Source of the DNA: the human T2T-CHM13v2.0 reference genome, Homo sapiens
NCBI RefSeq assembly: GCF_009914755.1
Contig: NC_060925.1
Direction: 5' to 3' (one strand)
DNA: 64,000 nt
Made by a program: the position numbers and the translations under genes. The notes beneath the pieces are model-generated. The model saw only the letters and a program-made list of their open reading frames with translations, was not told where the DNA came from and ran no database searches. Below are positions 1-15,235 of this stretch, piece after piece; positions within the stretch are counted from its first letter, which is position 1; every line of letters begins with the position of its first letter.

Positions 1-213
1 GAGCTCTCTTGCCCCTTTCCACTATGTGAGGAAACATAGAAGGCACCAAACATAGACTAGAATGGGCCCTCACTCAACACTGACTCTGCCGGCACAGTTC
101 TTGGACTTCTCAGCCTCCAGAACTGTGAGAAATAGATTTCTTTTGTTTTATAAACAACAGAATAATTACCTAGTCTAAGGTATTTATTATGGGAGCATGA
201 ACAGACTAAGACA
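1..213 (+). mobile_element. MaLR LTR 3' part (MLT1A/B-like)
   Basis: Typical MLT1 tail: ttggacttctcagcctccagaactgtgagaaatagatttc...gtatttatt...agactaagaca. Confidence 0.75.
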
Positions 214-267
214 CACACCTTAAGTTTCAGGAGAAAAAAAATGTAGGCTGACAGGGAGCACCCCAGT

Positions 268-301
<34 letters not shown>

Positions 302-326
302 GCACACACACACACACACACACACA
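268..326. repeat. (CA)n microsatellite with CG interruptions
   Basis: Direct: cacaca...cacgcacacgcgcacaca... Confidence 0.97.
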
Positions 327-489
327 GAAACAGAGTAGCCTCATTTCAATTGTGATGCCCTTGGCAGGGGGGCCCCTCCTACTTTACTGAGAATCATTTC
401 CCATGCTCCCTGCAGGGGCCCCAGTGGACATTATGGGCATAATGCAGGAGCCAAGTACCATTACCCTCAGGTTCTCTCTACCACATCAT

Positions 490-680
490 GCTGTTATAGT
501 TTCCTTAGAATGCTTATCACTATAATTATGTCTTACTCACTACTTCTCATCTCCCTCCTGTCACCCTGGAATATGAGTTCCATGAGACCATGGTCCTGAT
601 ATGTAGTGTTCCCTGCTGTAACCCCAGTGCACATGGTAAGCACTCAATAAGCATTAGGTGGACAAATGAATGACTGAACG
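490..680 (+). mobile_element. L2 3' end
   Basis: gaatatgagttccatgag...cacatggtaagcactcaataagcatt...aatgaatga, the L2 terminal motif. Confidence 0.7.
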
Positions 681-1856
681 AGTGCCAAGTCTCTTTTGTT
701 ACTTTGCCACCCTTACTTAACACCTGCACTGCCCATGTGCCCCTCTAGACCCTCAAAAGCCAAACTCCATACATCACCCTAAAGGTCGAACATCTTAGAG
801 ACCAAGACCAAAAGGGGTTGGGTCTCATGTTTTGTCTCTCTGGAAGGGCAAAGGAGCAGGGTTTTTTTGTTTGTTTGTTTCATTTTTTACAATGGCCAGC
901 ATCTGGGCAATGGATCAGAGGGGCTTTCAGCTGATGTGAGATGCCTGGAACCCATGAACACAACCAGCAGGAAGCCTACATGCCCTGCCCTCGCCCCTCT
1001 CCTCCCCACCAGCAAGGCAAAGCAGGCAACTTGTCCTCCAATCCTTCCCACATCTTTCAGGCCATGTGCCATCATCTGCAACTCCTTGTCCAGCCTGCCT
1101 TTGGGGTTCGTTTGGTTAGTGTTAGGGTGAAGGTAGCCAGGATCCTCTGCCCCTAAGGGTATTAGTGTGGGTCACCAGCAGGTGATGGAGCTCAATGATG
1201 ATAGGTGCTAGCAGGTGTCAAGCTGGTGGTGCCTGCTTGTCCCTGAATATGGACCGGCTACAGGCAAGCTGAGCAGCCAAGCAGAGGGAGGGGACCCTCA
1301 CAGGCCAGACGCCCCACCATGTGGGTGAAGAATGTGAGCTATGCTGCCCTTATGAACAACATGTGTTATTTTACTTTATCAGTTGATTAGGGGACTAATC
1401 AGCTCAGGGATATGAAGCGGAAGGTTACAGCCATGCCCCTGGTAATCCTTGGACTGCAATCCCTGGGCCCAGCTCACGTCAGCAGCACTTGATTTCCATG
1501 CACAGTTTGCGTATGTTGGTGGAAGGTTCAAGGTCTTACCCTACGAGTTTTCAAAACATGCCATTCATAAGTGTCCTTTTAAAAAAACGCAATAGCATTT
1601 CAAAAATTAATACACAACCACTGCAAGAAAACACAGAAAAGCATAAAGAGACAAATGAATATTCATATTTATTGGTTTGGTATTTTTCAGTGTTTATATA
1701 CACATATATACACAGTATGTACAACATTGGTTTTTGTTGTTTTTGTTGGGGAATGAGTCCAAAATTGGGTTCACATTTTGCATAAAAAATTTTACAGCTT
1801 GCTTTTTTTGCTTAGCAAAATACCATAAGAACTTCTCTGTAACATCAGCCTGATTT

Positions 1857-1998
1857 AAAATATATATATATATATATTGTAAAGAGGGGGTTTTGCCATG
1901 TTGCCCAGACTGATCTTGAACTCCTGAGCTCAAGTGATCCTACCAACTCAGCATCCCAAAGTGCCGGGATTACAGGCGTGAGCCACCACTCCAGACCA
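1857..1998 (-). mobile_element. Free left Alu monomer (FLAM-like) with (TA)n tail
   Basis: Reverse Alu left arm (gccatgttgcccag...gattacaggcgtgagccacc), flanked by agcctgat repeats. Confidence 0.8.
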
Positions 1999-2006
1999 AG
2001 CCTGAT

Positions 2007-3299
2007 ATATATACATCTTTTAATTTCCATAGGTTTTTGGGGAACAGGTAGTATTTGGTTACATGAGGAAGCTCTTTAGTGGTGATTTGTGAGATTTTGG
2101 TGCACCCATCTCCTGAGCAGTATACACTGAACCCAATTTGTAGTCTTTTATCCCTCATACCCTTCCCACCCTTTCTCCCTGAGTCCCCAAAGTCCATTGT
2201 GTCATTCTTAAGCCTTTGCATTCTCATGGCTTAGCTCCCACTTATGAGTGAAAACATATGACGTTTGGTTTTCCATTCCTGAGTTACTTCACATAGAATA
2301 ATAGTCTCCAATCCCATTCAGGTTGGTGTAAATGCCATTAATTCATTGCTTTTTATGGCTGAGTAGTATTCCATCATATAAATATATCACAGTTTCTTTA
2401 GTCACTTGTTGATTGATGAGCATTTGGGTTGGTTCCACGATTTTGCAATTGCAAATTGTGCTGCTATGAACATGCCTGTGCAAGTATCTTTTTCATATAA
2501 TGACTTCTTTCCATCTGGGTAAACACCCAGTAGTGGGACTGCTGGATCAGATGGTAGTTCTACTTTTAGTTGTTTAAGGATTCGCCACACTGTTTTCCAT
2601 AGTGGTTGTACTAGTTTACATTCCCATCAGCAGTGTAGAAATGTTCCCTTTTCACCGCATCCACACCAACATCCATTATTTTTTTATTTATTGATTATGG
2701 CCATTCTTGCAGGAGTAAGGTGATATCATGTTGTGGTTTTGATTTGCATTTCCCTGATCATTAATGATGTTGAACATTTTTTCATATGTTTGTTGGCCAT
2801 TTGTATATCTTCTTTTGAGAATTGTCTATTCATGTCCTTAGCCCACTTTTGATAGGACTGTTTGTTTTTCTCTTGCTCATTTGTTTGAGCTCTTTTTAGA
2901 TTCTGGATATTAGTCCTTTGTCAGATGTATAGATTGTGAAGATTTTCTCCCACTCTGTGGGTTGTCTGTTTACTCTGATGACTGTTCCTTTTGCTGTGCA
3001 AAAGTTCTTCAGTTTAATTAAGTCCTAGCTATTTATCTTTGTTTTTGTTGCATTTGCTTTTGGGTTCTTGGTCATGAAATCTTTGCCTAGGCCAATGTCT
3101 AGAAGGGTTTGTCCAATGTTATCTTAGAGAATTTTTATAATTTCAGGCTTTAGATTTAAGTCCTTGATCCATCTTGAGTTGATTTTTGTATAAGGTGAGA
3201 GATGAGGATCCAGTTTCATTATCCTGTATGTGGCTAGCCAATTATCCCAGCACCATTTGTTGAACAGGCAGTCTTTTCCGCACTTTATGTTTTTGTTTG
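2007..3299 (-). mobile_element. 5'-truncated L1 (L1PB-like 3' end, ORF2 C-terminal remnant)
   Basis: L1 3'UTR and ORF2 peptide ([15 protein letters not shown]...MFIAAQFAIAKSWNQPKC); TSD ccaagcctgat at 1996-2006 and 3300-3310. Confidence 0.92.
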
Positions 3300-3741
3300 C
3301 CAAGCCTGATTTTTAATGACTACAGATTATTCCATTTATGGGTACACCACAATTTATCTAATCATTCTCTTGTGGGTAGACATTTAGGTTACTTATGATT
3401 TATTAATATAATAAAAATATACATGTATTGTGTATCAAAGTTAGACACATATATATGAAAGATGAGCAGCTTCTCAAAAGCTGTGTATTTGTTTCCAAAG
3501 GCTGGTGCCCTGCAGTGGCCACACGAGGACCTTCAGAATGTACACATAGTGACTAATGGTAACACTGGAAATCATCAAACTGCCAGGGTCCTGCCAGCAC
3601 TCAGCATTTGCTCTTCCACATGAGAAAGTCCCTACAGGGAATGGGAGTTAATGTCAGCATGTCAGTACATACAGTCTGTTCTCAGTGAATCTGGAAGCTT
3701 GTCTTCCTAGATGCCTATGGCTGAGTCGCTGAAAAGATTTT

Positions 3742-4364
3742 TGACTCAGGGCTTCAGAAGATACCTCAGTGCTAAATCACCCAGAGCAGCGTTTCAGATT
3801 CAGAAGCTGCGTCACCTGTGGGCAGAACAGAACTCAGCTACGGACTTAAAGTTCCAGAGCTCAGTAGCATCAAAGCACAAGGGACAGAGACCCAAAGGAT
3901 CCATGAATGGGGACTGAGACCCGAAGGATCCATGAATGAGGGCTGAGCCATGTGGTGTGTACACACCCACAACATGTGAGTGAGAGCTGCGCCCACAATC
4001 TCCTGTAGGTCAGCCTCCAGGCCATGCAGACAGCCCCATACCCTAAATCCCATGTACGCCATCTACGTTTCTTCTCTCTACTTTGTTTAATAAATCAAAA
4101 ATTGGCTAAAGGGAGGAGGTGGTCAAGGATGCCATGACCCACTAAACAGTCTAAACAGAACGCAGCAATGTCACTACACTAGAGCTGGAAATGGGGTAGC
4201 AGAATGCCAGCTCCCATAGCAAACCCCAGGATGAAAGTGAAAGCTGGGGTGAAAAGGCCTAGAACTTGCTTCCAGAGCACAGGTGACAGAATCCCTGAAC
4301 GTGAAACATTCTTCTCTCGGGGATGATGACTTAGCACTGAGGTATCTTCTGGAGCCCTGAGTCA
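3742..4364. repeat. Inverted repeat pair (arms ~3742-3820 and ~4279-4364)
   Basis: tgactcagggcttcagaagatacctcagtgctaa recurs as its reverse complement ttagcactgaggtatcttctggagccctgagtca. Confidence 0.85.
3881..3938. repeat. 29-bp tandem duplication
   Basis: gggacagagacccaaaggatccatgaatg followed by gggactgagacccgaaggatccatgaatg. Confidence 0.9.
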
Positions 4365-5564
4365 CTCAGCTCCAGGAATGATGGGTGTGGACCAGACTGG
4401 AAATTCACTGGACCGTTTTCAGTGTAACTTGGACCCAACCTAAGCATCTGGGGGACCTGGAAGAGACCCATGTCATCTGGTCTAGGCCCCAGTTCCAGGC
4501 AAATGGTAGAAAAGCTTTTCGTTATGGGATGACTCTGATCCTGAGCTGACAGGAGAATCCCATAGAATTGAGACGCTCCAGCACCACCTTGGATTTTGCC
4601 CCACTGTCTGGTTCTGTGAAAGAGCGAAAAAAGTCAGGATGAATGAACCAGTGCATGAACAAATACATCATAGCCTTCCTTCCTCCGCAAAGGTAGAATC
4701 TTGGCAGTAGCCATCTGCCAGGGCAAGGAATGGCCTGAGAGGGTTAGGGGAGAGGCAGAGATGTCTAGGAAGTCATGAGGCTGCCACACAGTAGGAAGAG
4801 GAAGGCCTTCCATCTGCGGCTCCAGCCACAATTCAGGAGATCCCTGAGCTCCACCCATGGAAGCTTGGACAAGCCACATCTCTGTTCCTAATATGTTCCT
4901 ACATATGTTCTCTAATCTCTAATATGGGAAGAATAGTCACAGCTTCCCTGCTTCCTCTGTGAGATAACACAGTCTTAACTGTTTTCACTGAAAAGTTGTC
5001 AGTGCACCCACAACTCCACCCTCCCTACTGACTCTGGGGCTGGCGAGCAGCCTTTCCCAATGTAATTATGGTTTCAGAACTTGATTTGATCCGTGTAATA
5101 AGCAAAACCATGTAATGAAAAGCCATGTTAAATGGAAATCCCATCCGAGTATTTTTGTGCTGGATCTTAGGAAGAACTCAAAGTGGGACACGTGAGGAGA
5201 GGACTGTGCTGATGAGAGCAAAGGAGAGAGCTGGGGTCTTGGAATAGGAAAAGGCCCATAGGTACTAGGAAGCTAATGAGTAACTAGCCATGGGCTACTG
5301 TGGTAAGAAGGGCAAGTATTTTGGATAAAACATGGAAGGGCTTCTTAACAGAAAAGGTTTGCTGCTACCAGCTGACCATACTATAAATCTTGCATTAATG
5401 CATTCACTTACTCATAAGTATTTAACATGCCCACCCCACTACTCTTGCTCAGGGACTGGGAGAGGAGAAGTACAAAGCTGTACTTTGAAAGTACCCTAGA
5501 AAGGGAGTTTGAAGGACTTGGCCACGATCTTACAGGCCTTATATTGGACAGACAATGCAGCCTG

Positions 5565-5805
5565 CTAGGGGTAGCGCACACAGCCAGGCTGCCTGGGCCC
5601 AGATCTGCCGTTTATGAGCTCTGCAACCTTGGGCAAGTTGCTTAATCATGCTGCGCTTCAGTTTCCTCACTTAGAAAGTAGAGATAACAATAGTCATTTT
5701 TTCATTAGGCTGTCGTGGGGAATAAACGATTTAATACATGAAAAGTATTTATAATAGAACAGAGCCTGCCACATCATATGTGCCCAATAATGTTAGCAAT
5801 TATTG
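5565..5805 (+). mobile_element. MIR
   Basis: MIR core accttgggcaagttgcttaa...cttcagtttcctca. Confidence 0.8.
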
Positions 5806-6920
5806 TTCCCTAGAAAGGGAGTTTTCAAGGAGGTGGCATCATCATCCAACATCAGCAGATTATTCCATGCATCGCAAAGTCAAATTTAACATTTTGCTTT
5901 TTTCTATTATATATAATAAACTTATTTGCTCACTTCTAACATTTGTCATTTTCAGCCTTCATTTTACCAGCACAGACTCTAGCTCTCGGTATTTGGGCCT
6001 TAAGATCTTCACAAACAAACAAATCTTTCTGAAATAGAAAAAAAAAAAAACAGACCCAAAAATCTAACACTATAGTGACCTCCTACTAGGCTTTAAGTTT
6101 AAACGGATTAGGGCAGGAAGTTTTACGTTCCTGTCGTATTTGCTGAAGGTGTATGGCAGGGTGCGGCGCCTGTTGCAGGATTCCAGCAGGGCCTGCCCTG
6201 GCTCCCCAGGGCTTTGCAAGGAAGCTGGAGAAGTCCGCCACCTCGCTGTCACTGCACATCAGTAGACCCCTATCCCCACCCGCAAACTCAGGGCACCCAC
6301 AGTCTCTCCAAGGACTGCAGTTTTGTCGCCAGATTGTGGGAACATCTGTCTTGAATCTAAAGAGACAAAACAGATGGGCTTGGTTTCGGAGTTCCGCCCA
6401 CTCCCCAGTGTGCTGTTGTTAGTGACCACAGGAGTGGGAGCAGTCCAGAGAGGTTCAGCCCAGGAACTCATTAAACTAAGCTCCTCCGAAAGGCACCTTC
6501 CAGTGTGGATGGGGGCAAGGAGGGAGGAGGGCAACTGGGGCCCAGCAGAACTCCTTCCTCCCAGAGCCCTTACAAAGGCAAGGGAGGTCGGCCTGGGCCA
6601 AGCTCCCCGCCCACCCTCCCAGCTTTGCACCCCCTTCTCAGCCAGACCCACTGCCCTCTCACAATGCAGAAATGAAGATGGAAGGAAACAGGGAACATGC
6701 AACCGCCAGACTCCCTCTGGAGCCCAAGTAACTGTTCCACAGTGTGCATAAAGGGGCCAAGCTGGTGCTCCTCCGGCTTGATGGAGTTGGTCAGTAGAAA
6801 CTAGGATGTCCCAACCTTGTGATCCGTGGTCCATGCAGCACATTGTAGAGACATTGGTTGACTTTTCCATGAGTTAAACCCTGTCTGGGGATGGCATCCC
6901 AGACCCAGTCCGGAATGAAG

Positions 6921-7000
6921 GACATGACTGAGTAATAAGGGGACTGTGTGCTTAACAGAAGACATGACTGAGTAATAAGGGGGCTGTGTGGTTAATAGAA
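6921..7000. repeat. 40-bp tandem duplication (3 mismatches)
   Basis: gacatgactgagtaataagggg(a/g)ctgtgtg(c/g)ttaa(c/t)agaa x2. Confidence 0.92.
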
Positions 7001-7219
7001 GCCCTGTGTTGCCGAATCAGGCTCACACTGGAGCCATGCAGCACCTCACAAGGGGAGCTGAACTCCGACAAGCACCACCGCCCTGATGTGCAACTGTGTT
7101 GAACAGCCTGGCCTAGAGCAAAGTCACCAGGATCACCAAGTAAAGCTTCCCTTATTTGAAAAACTCACATATAAATATTATGACCTAGTCTGCTCACCCT
7201 CATATTTTAGAATAATATT

Positions 7220-8210
<991 letters not shown>

Positions 8211-9189
8211 AAAGTTGAAGTAAGGAGGCCCAAAACCTTAGTCTCAGATCTATCCTTCTAAATACTAGGAGTCTTCTGGGTGATGCGGATGAAATCACAG
8301 GCTGAGATACAGATAGAATTCCAACTCTTCAGTGCCTCATACCAGCTTGGAGCCACATGCTGCTCTGTCACTCCCATCCCCCAGGGACCAGCCTTCCCAA
8401 AGGGTGTGGTCATTGTTTAGAATGTGCCACTCCTCTGGGTGTAGGTTTTCCCCTCAAATCACTGCAAATACTGCTGAAAGAAAATGTGGCCTTTACCTCC
8501 CATCAGTGAGGTGATTTAAACTCTCACTCTCAGACCTTAGCTTCCTCTGCCTTGGAGGATTTGATCAAGTTGAGTGGAAAGAATAGCAAGTATTTTTACA
8601 GTACTTTACATGGCTTTGCATGCAAATTGCTGGGTTTTTTTTTAATAGATCAAAAGCAGTCAAACATCAGCAACTTCATATGATTCTTTACCTTATGTGA
8701 AGATTGTTGACTGACTCAATCAATTACCAGTTAATCCAGCCAGCCAGCTAACTGGGGAAACAAAACTATTATAACTCATGAAGTAATTATAGGACTAAAT
8801 GATGTGGTGATGGCATTTTACAAAGCAATATTTCCAAGTGTTATCTTGCTTAATCTTCACATCTGCCCCACTGAGGGGCTCTGTGTCATCTCCACATTAC
8901 TAAATTCACTGGGCTTCTATGTGGCAGAACCAGGTGAGTCCTTCAAAATACTTCAAATTCTCCAAGGCAGCTCAGGCTGCCCCTTACCAGTCGCCACGGT
9001 GCTTAGATGGGCAGAGAGGAAGGGAGCAGCATACGCACAGGGTCAGATGACACTCAGCCTCATCGAGGATGCAGAGAGAAAATAACTCAATGGAGAGAAG
9101 CAAGCATTAGGGGGGTTAAATGACCAGGTTGGTGGGGGGAATTAAATTATAGACGGTCTTAAAAAACAGGCAGGGGAGGTTTTTCTGTT

Positions 9190-9445
9190 TTTGTTTTCGT
9201 TTTGTTTTGTTTTGTTTTGTTTTGTTTTAAAGACAGGATCGCACTCTGTTGCCCAGGCTGGAGTACAGTGGCACCAACATAGCTCACTGTAACTTCAAAC
9301 TCCAGGACTCAAGCGATCCTACCGCTTCAGCTTCCTGAGAAGCTGGGACTACAGGCGCATGCCACCACGTCTGACTAATTTTTGTTTTTATTTTTTGTGG
9401 AGATGGGGTCTCAAACTCCTGTCCTCAAGCAATCCTCCCATCTTA
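9190..9445 (-). mobile_element. Alu (AluJ-like, partly deleted) with (TTTTG)n tail
   Basis: Reverse Alu sequence. Confidence 0.88.
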
Positions 9446-9605
9446 GAGTTTGCCTTTTAAAGTCATCATCCTTAGAACTGGAAGAAACTAAAAGAGATGT
9501 CCTGTTCTAGCCCACAGATTTCACACAGGAAAGAGCTACCTTCTTCATTTTACAAAATAAACAACTGAGGCTCACAGATTTGGTTAGATGTAGAGGGTAG
9601 GCTAG

Positions 9606-9929
<324 letters not shown>

Positions 9930-10249
9930 TGTCTGTTGCTTATTATAGCTCATCGCATTGACCTAGACTTACTCTTAAGATTAAAAAATTACTGTCTTGC
10001 CTAACAAGCTGTCTTATGTATAGGCTGTTACTATTTAAAACTATTTCACATTTCCAAAGTGGCAACAAAGATTGTAGGTTCTTAAGGAGAATTTCTTGAC
10101 AGTGATATAATACAAGTGTTCTAGAAAGATTAGTCTGTCAAAAGCATTCATATAGATCAGAGAAGAGGAAGAGTGGAGTCAGGAAAATAAATAAATTAGT
10201 GAGGCTCCAGAAATGCACTGGATATGTGGCCTAGAAGCAATTTCTCTCT

Positions 10250-10882
<633 letters not shown>

Positions 10883-11159
10883 ATGGGGAGAAATCTAGAT
10901 GATGTCAGATGAATAGTGATTCACTGCCAGAAATGGGGAAGACAAGTGTAAGAGCCCATTCTGGATGAGGAAAGATATTGAGTTTGAAGAGAGAGAAGTT
11001 GCTGTTTAGGAGGCAGCTGGAGATACAAGACTAGACATCAGTGTGATGTTGATACTAGAAACAGAAATTTAGGAGTCATTAATGCTGAGGTAAAGATACA
11101 AACTACAAGAATGGATGAGCTCACCAAGAGCCATAGTCTTGTGAGAAAACTCAAGGGCC

Positions 11160-11600
11160 ATGGCAAAGCTGGCTTCCACATCCATTTCCCTTACAATAAA
11201 ATAGAGTTGTTACTAGGGAAGGGGGTCCCCAGCCATAAACTATATTTTCCAGCTCCTCTGGCATCTAGAAGTGACCATGTGACTAGTTCTTTCCTATGGA
11301 GAATGAGCAGAATTGATGTGTGTCACTTCCAGGCCAGGGTCTTAAAGCAGATGTGCTTTCCCTATTCTCTTTTTCTCCTGGATGCAGGTAACAAGGAGGC
11401 CTTAGAGTCTAGGGGGATGGTGGAGCCATAGAATGGATTCTAAGTTATGGATTCTGAGTAAGGAACCTTTCCTGAGTAAGAAAGCCACCTGCAAATGGGA
11501 AAACCACTGTGGACTAATACATGATTGAGAAATAGACTTCTTTTGTGGTTGGGCCTTTATCATTTTTGAATCTACTTGTGACTAAAGGTCAGCCTACAAC
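11160..11600 (+). mobile_element. Old MaLR LTR (MLT1J/K-like)
   Basis: tatattttccagctcctctggcatctagaagtgaccatgtgactagttct...tgagaaatagacttc. Confidence 0.55.
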
Positions 11601-12278
11601 AAGAACTCTTGAAGAATGCCAGGTTGAAGGTGAATAGTACGGCAAAGAGGATAGACAAGCAAGATATTACGTTACGGAAATAAGATGGGGCAGTTAGAGA
11701 AATAGAAGAACTCCAAAGGTGCACTATTCTGGAAGTCAAGGGAGGAGCAGCCTTGAGTAGAAATTAACTATCAAAGATGGGGGAAGGAGGATTGATATAG
11801 AGGAAAAAACATTAGACCTAGCATTAATAAGATCATTCACAACCTTCCAGAAACAAGAGACAACTATGGGCAGGCATTTCAAACACCCAAGGCCATGTGA
11901 CCAATATTGTCTTTCTTTCCACTTGTTTTGCTGTTGGGCTTTCCCCTCCTGGCTCTGAAGGAGCCTGAACTTCAGAACATCCCCCAAAGGACTATGCAGC
12001 ACAGTCCAAAACCAATGGAAAAGTGACGTGAACCCTGCCATTATGTAATGCAGTGGAAGAGCCCCTTGGTTGGGCTGCTTTGCAAGAACTAATTTCTGAC
12101 ACATCTGGGACGGTAAAGTCCAATAGAACAAACAGAAGAGGTATTTTTATTTGTAAGAAGAAAGAAAAAAAGAGTTCCAGCCTTGAACCAGACTGACTGC
12201 GGCGTCCCCACTGGGAAGCAGCAGGTGTCCCTCCTGCCTATGTTGCAATAAGCAGCAGCACCTGCAGGTCGGGAGAAG

Positions 12279-12297
12279 GGGCCAGCAGAGGGCTAGA
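12279..12297 (+). promoter_or_regulatory. Candidate CTCF motif
   Basis: GGCCAGCAGAGGGCTAG fits the CCASYAGRKGGC core; motif match only. Confidence 0.35.
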
Positions 12298-13736
12298 GCC
12301 AGCTCAGAGCAGGAGTGAACACAGGCCAGCCTCCAAGCAGATTTTCTGTATTTGGGGAAGTCTTCAGGAAAATAGGCTAAACCATGCGGTCTGCTTTCTC
12401 CTGTCTAATTTAGTTACATTAGTTTAAATGAAGCACAAAAAGAAAACAAAACAAAAAAAGTCCCCAGTAATATTTTCAGAGGTCTTTCTGCTCTGCTTAT
12501 TATGAGATCAGACTGAGATTTGAAATCAGAACAGGGTCCAAATTTTGACTCAACCTTATGATGCCAAGGAGTGGCTGGAGGTGGTATGGAGGGGCTCTAT
12601 CCCCATCTCTGTCCGCCCTGCAAGCCACCCCAAATACAAAATAAAAATTGCATTGTATTTGTCAACAATATAAAATGTGAATAAGTGCATCTTTAGAAAA
12701 TACTCTGCAAATGAAGCTTCATCATCCATCTCCAGGTACTCATACAACCCATGTGTTGCCCCTAAGCTCTTCTTACATCAAAATTCTGGAACCTTCACTG
12801 GCTCCACAAATGAATGTCTTCTTGTTCTTGGCAAGTTGTCTGGCCACATTTAGTCTCAGATTCTTTGGCTGGAAAGCAACCTCCCAGGGCTATAGTGGGG
12901 ACTATAGTGAGATGACATACAAACCATCTGTTTGTGCCCACTCCCCACTTTTCCTGACAGAAGCTTGGTCATGGTCTAGCAGAAAGTAGCCTTTGCTACT
13001 GTGACTTGGGAGCTACAAAGCAAAGGGGAAAGTGGAACTTGCTTTACCTAGGTCCTCGTTTGTCTGAATCTAGCCCAATATTTGGAGTAGCTGAGTTCTC
13101 ACAGCTCCGTGCTTTCCTTGAAAGGGAAGTCACTCATCTGACCTAAGAGGCAGAAACCGCAAGGGCAAAACTCCGAAACTAAGCTCATTAAAATATGGAT
13201 CACAGGATTACCCACTTTCTGCCCTGTATCAGAATTTCTCCCACAGCCTCCTTGATGGGTTATCAGCCAGGATCTTCACGGTCTCTTCTGGAGCCAGGCA
13301 GATCACTGCCTTCTATGAGGTGTCCACTCCACTGCTAATCACCCAATGTTAAGCCAAACCTACCTTTTTATAACTTACTCCAAGTGATCCTTGCTCTGCT
13401 CTCTGGAACAAATCAGAATAAATATAATCCCTTTTCCATACAACCACCTTTTTCAAAATTAACTACCTTCACTGCCTCAATATGATATACACACTGTTCG
13501 TATCCTGTTTACCCAACTTTGAACTTGCTCTTATTCATCAAATAAGACCCTTTTGAAATTTGTGTTAATAATAAGGGCCATAAATGGATCCAAAGTGCCT
13601 TGTAACTGAAACCACTCAGAAGGCAATGAGAATATTGCCCACCTTGTATATCCAGATAGACATTTTCTTTTTAAGCAGCCAGATACATTATTGATGTGTA
13701 TCCAGTTTGGACCATCTATAAAACTACTGATTTTCA

Positions 13737-14029
13737 TTTTTGATTTTTTTTTTTTTTGAGACAGGGTCTCATTCTGTCACCTAGGCTGGAGTGCAGTGGC
13801 ATGATCATGGCTCACTGCAGCCTCGAACTCCTGGGCTCAAGTGATCCTCCCACCTCAGCCTCCTGAATAGCTGGGACTACAGGCATCCACCACTACGCCC
13901 AGCAATTTTTATTTTCATTTTTTTGTAGAGCTAGGTTTTCGCCATGTTGCCCAGGCTGGTCTTGAACTCCTGGGCTCAAGCGATTCACCCACCTTCTGGG
14001 ATTACAGGCGTGAGCCACCATGCCCAGCC
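13737..14029 (-). mobile_element. Alu (AluJ-like)
   Basis: Reverse Alu. Confidence 0.9.
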
Positions 14030-15235
14030 CATTTCTGATTTTAAATGGGACTTGGTTAACTGCCCAGGTAGAAACATGCCTAAATTTCTTCTGAAGTATT
14101 TATGAAGCACAGAAAGATTAAAATCTCATCTACCATCAAAAGCTAAGACCAACAGAAAGCCACTTGGCTTTCTGTTGCCAAGTGGCAACTGGCTATCAGC
14201 CTGGCCTTTTTCTCAAGAAACAGAGGCTCTCTAACCATGGAAAAGAAGGTGGGAAGAGGTTTCGCTCCTCCTAGCTGCTCTACTCCCCTACATAGAGAGC
14301 TAGAGTCTACACCACAAGAAACCTGGTGGCCATCCCTTTGCCATAATGGTGTTACATTTTGAGTTCATATAAATATGTTTCATCAGCTCCATCTTTTGCC
14401 ATCCACTTGGAGACCAATTCTTGGAAGTGTATCAGACTGGGAGTGCTGGATACATTGCGTTCTGTTAGGAATAATCACCAGAAATAAAATGCTACAGCTG
14501 GGGATAGAAGTGTATCACAGAATCAGACAATGGGGTAGGAATTCAGCACAGCAGAGCTATATTATAGGAATGTTAGCTAAATTCTCGAAATTGGGCCAAG
14601 ATCCATTATCATCAACCTGCTCTCCAGCTGTAGAGCTGAGAAAATTCAATCATTACCCAAGTGTCCAATCAACAGAACCAAATAAAATCTACACACCCTG
14701 TCTGTGGGTGAATCCGAGACTAGCTCATTCTCTTCTCGTTCAAACATGAGTAATCAGGAAAAAAAAAAAAAAAAAGAAAGCTGGCATTGGGAGCACAAAT
14801 ACAATTATGCAGAAGACAAGATGAAAAACATTCCTCTGAAAATGATCTCCTACAGGGGAACCAGAACACATTTTAGAAAACTGTGTAATATCCTCAGAAG
14901 CATGGAAGAAACTTCTGTGAAAGAGGTACAAATAGTCACAAAGAAAGAAAAGAATCGGTTGCAAAGACATGAAGTAAGATGAAGAGCAACAAGAGATAGG
15001 TGAGCTTAATAAGAATATAAATAAATATTAACTAAAATATAATACACTTATTAAATAATATAAATTACACATTCAGATGAAGAAAGAGTGGCATTAGCCT
15101 TTCAGAAAAGTATATTAGTATTCTGGAGATCACACTTGAGATGTTCTATAGTGTAGAGGAAAAGAACAAGGAAATGTAAATGGTGTGTGAGAAGATGGTA
15201 GACACAGAAGACAGAGAACATGATTCAAAATGACC

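Noticed and set aside
57-344. 95-aa Cys/Val-rich ORF
   Set aside because: Translation of the (CA)n microsatellite and MLT1 sequence.
6070-6870. Overlapping 142- and 203-aa ORFs
   Set aside because: No recognisable domain or exon structure; expected by chance in GC-richer DNA.
6921-7000. 40-bp two-copy repeat as a functional array
   Set aside because: Simple local tandem duplication with no further structure.
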